This document shows, in pieces, positions 60,201-64,000 of a stretch of DNA of 64,000 nt. A program made the position numbers and the translations under genes. How positions within the stretch are numbered: the first letter of the stretch is position 1; every line of letters begins with the position of its first letter. Below the pieces are notes generated by a model. It was given only the letters and a program-made list of their open reading frames with translations. It made no database searches and had not been told where the DNA came from. Where the stretch lies: assembly GCF_020745735.1 (NCBI RefSeq), contig NC_083435.1:36047090-36111089 (forward strand), written 5' to 3'. The stretch comes from Hemiscyllium ocellatum. Lineage: Eukaryota.

Positions 60201-63200
60201 TACTGGGCTAATGGTAGGCTACTTGGTAGTGTGGATGAGCAGAGGGATCTTGGTGTCCATGTACACAGATCTCTGAAAGTTGCCACCCAGGTAAATAGTG
60301 CTGCGAGGAAGGCATATGGTGTACTGGGCTTTATTGGTAGAGGAATTGAGTTCCGGAGTCCTGAGGTCATGTTGCAACTGTATAAGACTCTGGTGCGGCC
60401 TCATCTGGAGTATTGTGTGCATATTTGGTCGCCATACTATAGGAAGGATGTGGAGGCATTGGAACGAGTGCAGAGGAGGTTTACCAGGATGTTGCCTGGA
60501 ATGGTAGGAAAATCTTATGAGGAAAGGCTGAGGCACTTGGGGCTGTTCTCATTGGAGAAGAGAAGGTTTAGGGGAGATTTGATAGAGGTGTATAAGATGA
60601 TTAGGGGTTTAGATAGGGTCGACACTGAGAACCTTTTACCGCTAATGGAGTCAGGTGTTACTAGGGGACACAGCTTTAAATTAAGGGGTGGTAGGTATAG
60701 GACAGATGTTAGGGGTAGATTCTTTACACAGCGAGTTGTGAGTTCATGGAATGCCCTGCCAGTAGCAGTGGTGAACACTCCTTCTTTATGGTCATTTAAG
60801 CGGGCATTGGATAGGCATTTGGAAGTTATTGGGCTAGTGTAGGTTAGGTAGGATTCGGTCGGCACAACATCGAGGGCCGAAGGGCCTGTACTGCGCTGTA
60901 TTTTTCTATGTTCTATGTTCTATGAGATCTCAGCTATCTGTAAGAAATATAGGGTGGTTGTGGTAGGGGATTTTAACTTTCCAAACATCGACTGGGACTG
61001 CCATAGTGTTAAGGGTCCGTGAAGAGGACTTTATTCAGTGTGTACAAGACAATTTTCTGATTCAGTATGTGGATGTACCTACTAGAGAAGGTGCAAAACT
61101 TGACTTACTCTTGGGAAATAAGGCTGGGCAGGTGACTATGGTGTCAGTGGGAGAGCACTTTGGGGCCAGCGACCATAATTTTATTAGATTTAAAATTGTG
61201 ATGGAAACGGACAGACCAGATCTAAAAGTTGAAGTTCTAAATTGGAGAAAGACCAATTTTGACGGTATTAGGCAAGAACTTTCAAAAGCTGATTGGGGGC
61301 AGATGTTCGCAGGTAAAGGGACGGCTGGAAAATGGGAAGCCTTCAGAAATAAGATAATGAGAATCCAGAGAAAGTATATTCCTGTCAGGGTGAAAGGGAA
61401 GGCTGGTAGGTATAGGGAATGCTGGATGACTAAAGAAATTGAGGGTTTGGTTCAGAAAGAGAAAGAAACATGTGTCAGGTACAGACAGGATAGATTGGGT
61501 GAATCCTTAGAAGAGTATAAAGGCAGTAGGAGTATACTTAAGAGGGAAATCAGGAGGGCAAAAAGGGGACATGAGATAGCTTTGGCAAATAGAATTAAGG
61601 AGAATCCAATGGGTATTTTGAAATACATTAAGGACCAAAGGGTAACTAGGGAGAGAATAGTACCCCTCAAAGATCAGCAAGGCGGCCTTTGTGTGGAGCC
61701 ACAGAAAATGGGGGAGATACTAAATGAGTATTTTGCATCAGTATTTACTGTGGAAAAGGATATGGAAGATACAGACTACAGGGAAATAGATGGTGACATC
61801 TTGCAAAACGTCCAGATTACACAGGAGGAAGTGCTGGCTGTCTTGAAACGGTTAAAGGTGGATAAATCCCCAGGACCTGATCGGGTGTCCCCGAGAGCTC
61901 TGTGGGAAACTGGAGAAGCAATTGCTGGGCCTCTTACTGAGGTACTTGTATCATCGATAGTCACAGGTGATGTGCCGGAAGACTGGAGGTTGGCTAACGT
62001 GGTGCCACTGTTTAAGAAGGGTGGTAAGGACAAGCCAGAGAACTATAGACCGGTAAGCCTGACCTCGGTGGTGGGAAAGTTGTTGGAGGGAATCCTGAAG
62101 GACAGGATGTACATGCATTTGGAAAGTCAAGGACTGATTCGGGATAGTCAACATGACTTTGTGCGTGAGAAATCATATTTCACAAACTTGATTGAGTTTT
62201 TTGAGGAAGTATCAAAGAAGATTGATGAGGGCAAAACGGTAGATGTAATCAGTAAGGCGTTCGACAAGGTTCCCTACGGGAGACTGGTGAGCAGGGTTAG
62301 ATCTCACCGAATACAGGGAGAACTAGCATTTGGATACAGAACTGGCCCAAAGGTCGAAGACAGAGGGTGATGGTGGAGGGTTGTTTTTCAGACTGGAGGT
62401 CTGTGACCAGTGGAGTGCCACAAGGATTGGTGCTGAGTCCTCTACTTTTTGTCATTTACATAAATGATTTGGATGCGAGCATAAGAGTTACAGTTAGCAA
62501 GTTTGCAAATGACAGCAAAATTGGAGGTGAAGTGGACAGCAAAGAGGGTTACCTCAGATTACAACAGGATCTTGAACAGATGGGCCAATGGGCTGAGAAG
62601 TGGCAGATGGAGTTTAATTCAGCTAAATGCAAGGTGCTGCATTTTGGGAAAGCAAATCTTAGCAGGATTTATACACTTAATGGTAAAGTCCGAGAGAGTG
62701 TTGCTGAACAAAGAGACCTTGGAGTGCAGGTTCATCGCTTCTTGAAAGTGGAATTGCAGATAGATAGGATAGTGAAGAAGGCGTTTGGTATGCTTTCTTT
62801 CGTTAGTCCGAGTACTGACTACAGGAGTTGGGAGGTCATGTTGTGGCTGTACAGGACATTGGTTAGGCCACTGTTGGAATATTGCATGCAATTCTGATCT
62901 CCTTCCTGTCGGAAAGATGTTGTGAAACTTGATAGGATTCATAAAAGATTTACAAGGATGTTGCCATGATTCGAGGATTTTAGCTATAGGGAGAGGCTGA
63001 ACAGGCTGGGGTTGTGTTTCCTGGAGCGTCGGAGGCAGAGTGATGATGTTATAGAACATAGAACATTACAGCGCAGTACAGGCCCTTCGGCCTTCGATGT
63101 TGCGCCGACCTGTCATACCGATCTGAAGCCCATCTAAACTACGCTATTCTATGGACGTCCATATGCTTGTCCAATGACGACTTAAGTGTACTTAAAGTTG

Positions 63201-63620
63201 GCAAATCTACTACCGTTGCAGGAAAAGCATTCCATACCCTGACCACTGTCTGAGTAAAGAGGTTTACAGAGGTTTACAAAATTATGAGGGGCATGGATAG
63301 GGTAAACAGGCAAAGTCTTTTCCCTGTTTAGAGGGCATAGGTTTAGGGTTAGAGGGGAAAGATATAAAAGAGACCTAAGGGGCAACATTTTCACATAGAG
63401 GGTGGTACGGGTATGGAATGAGCTGCCAGAGAAAGTGGTAGAGGCTGGTACAATTACAACATTTAAGGGGCATTTGGATGGGTATATGAATAGGAAGGGT
63501 TTGGAGGGATATGGGCCAGGTGTTGGTAGGTGGGACTAGATTGGGTTGGGATATCTGGCCGGCATGGACGGGTTGGACCGAAGGGTCTGTTTCCATGCTG
63601 TACATCTCTATGACTCTATG
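57210..63620 (+). mobile_element. Near-full-length degenerate CR1 LINE interrupted by nested CR1 insertions
   Basis: ORF1 zinc finger and esterase remnants (SIVSGDSVVRGTDRHFCG), endonuclease (VITETWL, VVGDFNFP), RT in ORFs 61006-62370 and 62367-62897, (ctctatga) tail; inverted CR1 end at ~63050-63270. Confidence 0.8.
59062..60923 (+). mobile_element. Young 5'-truncated CR1 with an uninterrupted RT reading frame, nested in CR1
   Basis: Stop-free frame to 60842 (NYRPVSLTS, YMDFSKAFDKV, GVPQGSVLGP, FADDTK); (ttctatg)n tail; GAGAT duplicated at 59057-59061 and 60924-60928. Confidence 0.88.
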
Positions 63621-64000
63621 ACTCCTTTACCCTTGAATCCCTCTGCACTGTGCTGTGTGAATGTGGTTCGTTAATGCGGAGGGTGATTGAAACCTGGGTC
63701 CAATGAGTGAGAGTGAATGTTTCAGAGTGTGTAATTTTATCTTTCTTTCCATTTCAAACATTTTTTTTTATTTTCTCTGCTTTGGACATCTCTGTTCCAG
63801 CTTCGTCATAATTTAGGAAATGAAATGTCAATTTCTCTCTGTAGACTTATTTGGAACATTTTCACTCCTGTCCTGACCCTGTCCCACCCTCCCAGTCACT
63901 GTTAAACCCTGTCAGACTAATTCCCCTCCCCTCCTGACCCTGTACCACCCTCCCAGACACTGTTAAATCCTGTCAGACTAATTCCCCTCCCCTCCTGACC
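63620..64000 (+). pseudogene. Inverted class I relic: terminal coding exon (63780-63815) and flanking intron
   Basis: Reverse-complement homology to 4300-4650; TLDISVPASS* versus TSEVSGAASS*; acceptor TG and donor GG. Confidence 0.72.
63871..64000. repeat. 61-bp tandem repeat (at least 2 units, runs off the window)
   Basis: tcctgaccctgt(c/a)ccaccctcccag(t/a)cactgttaaa(c/t)cctgtcagactaattcccctcccc; single copy in genes A and B. Confidence 0.85.

Noticed and set aside
59037-60842. 601-aa ORF as a host gene or an endonuclease-RT fusion
   Set aside because: The first codons come from host CR1 sequence in a frame different from the host endonuclease (58880-59092); it is a truncated CR1 RT
59627-60865. 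Antisense ORFs over CR1, Tx1 and PLE coding regions (also 43360-43758, 11324-11698, 54247-54975)
   Set aside because: Shadow frames of retroelement ORFs or the inverted arm, not independent genes

Overview
Vertebrate genomic DNA, most likely from a shark (inferred from HE1/V-SINE-like SINEs, CR1, Tx1 and Penelope-like repeats and the class I sequences). The window is part of an MHC class I gene cluster. It holds two tandem minus-strand class I heavy-chain genes that I assembled by hand from GT-AG phase-1 exons: gene A (CDS 14118->4455, about 350 aa) and gene B (56081->30441). Each has leader, alpha1, alpha2, alpha3, TM and two cytoplasmic exons; an N gap abuts the alpha3 3' end in both. Both look non-classical: the canonical alpha2 disulfide cysteines (C101/C164) are absent, the F-pocket residues are kept, and the A pocket is remodelled. 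Both promoters carry an HLA-like S-X-Y module, and only gene A has a consensus ISRE. Four class I relics lie between and beyond the genes: inverted TM plus cytoplasmic exons, a divergent alpha1 fragment, an orphan promoter, and an inverted terminal exon. Most of the rest is transposon-derived, including fold-back Penelope-like insertions with 15-bp TSDs and hammerhead-like cores. Lineage assignment and novelty need database searches I could not run; TE boundaries are approximate.
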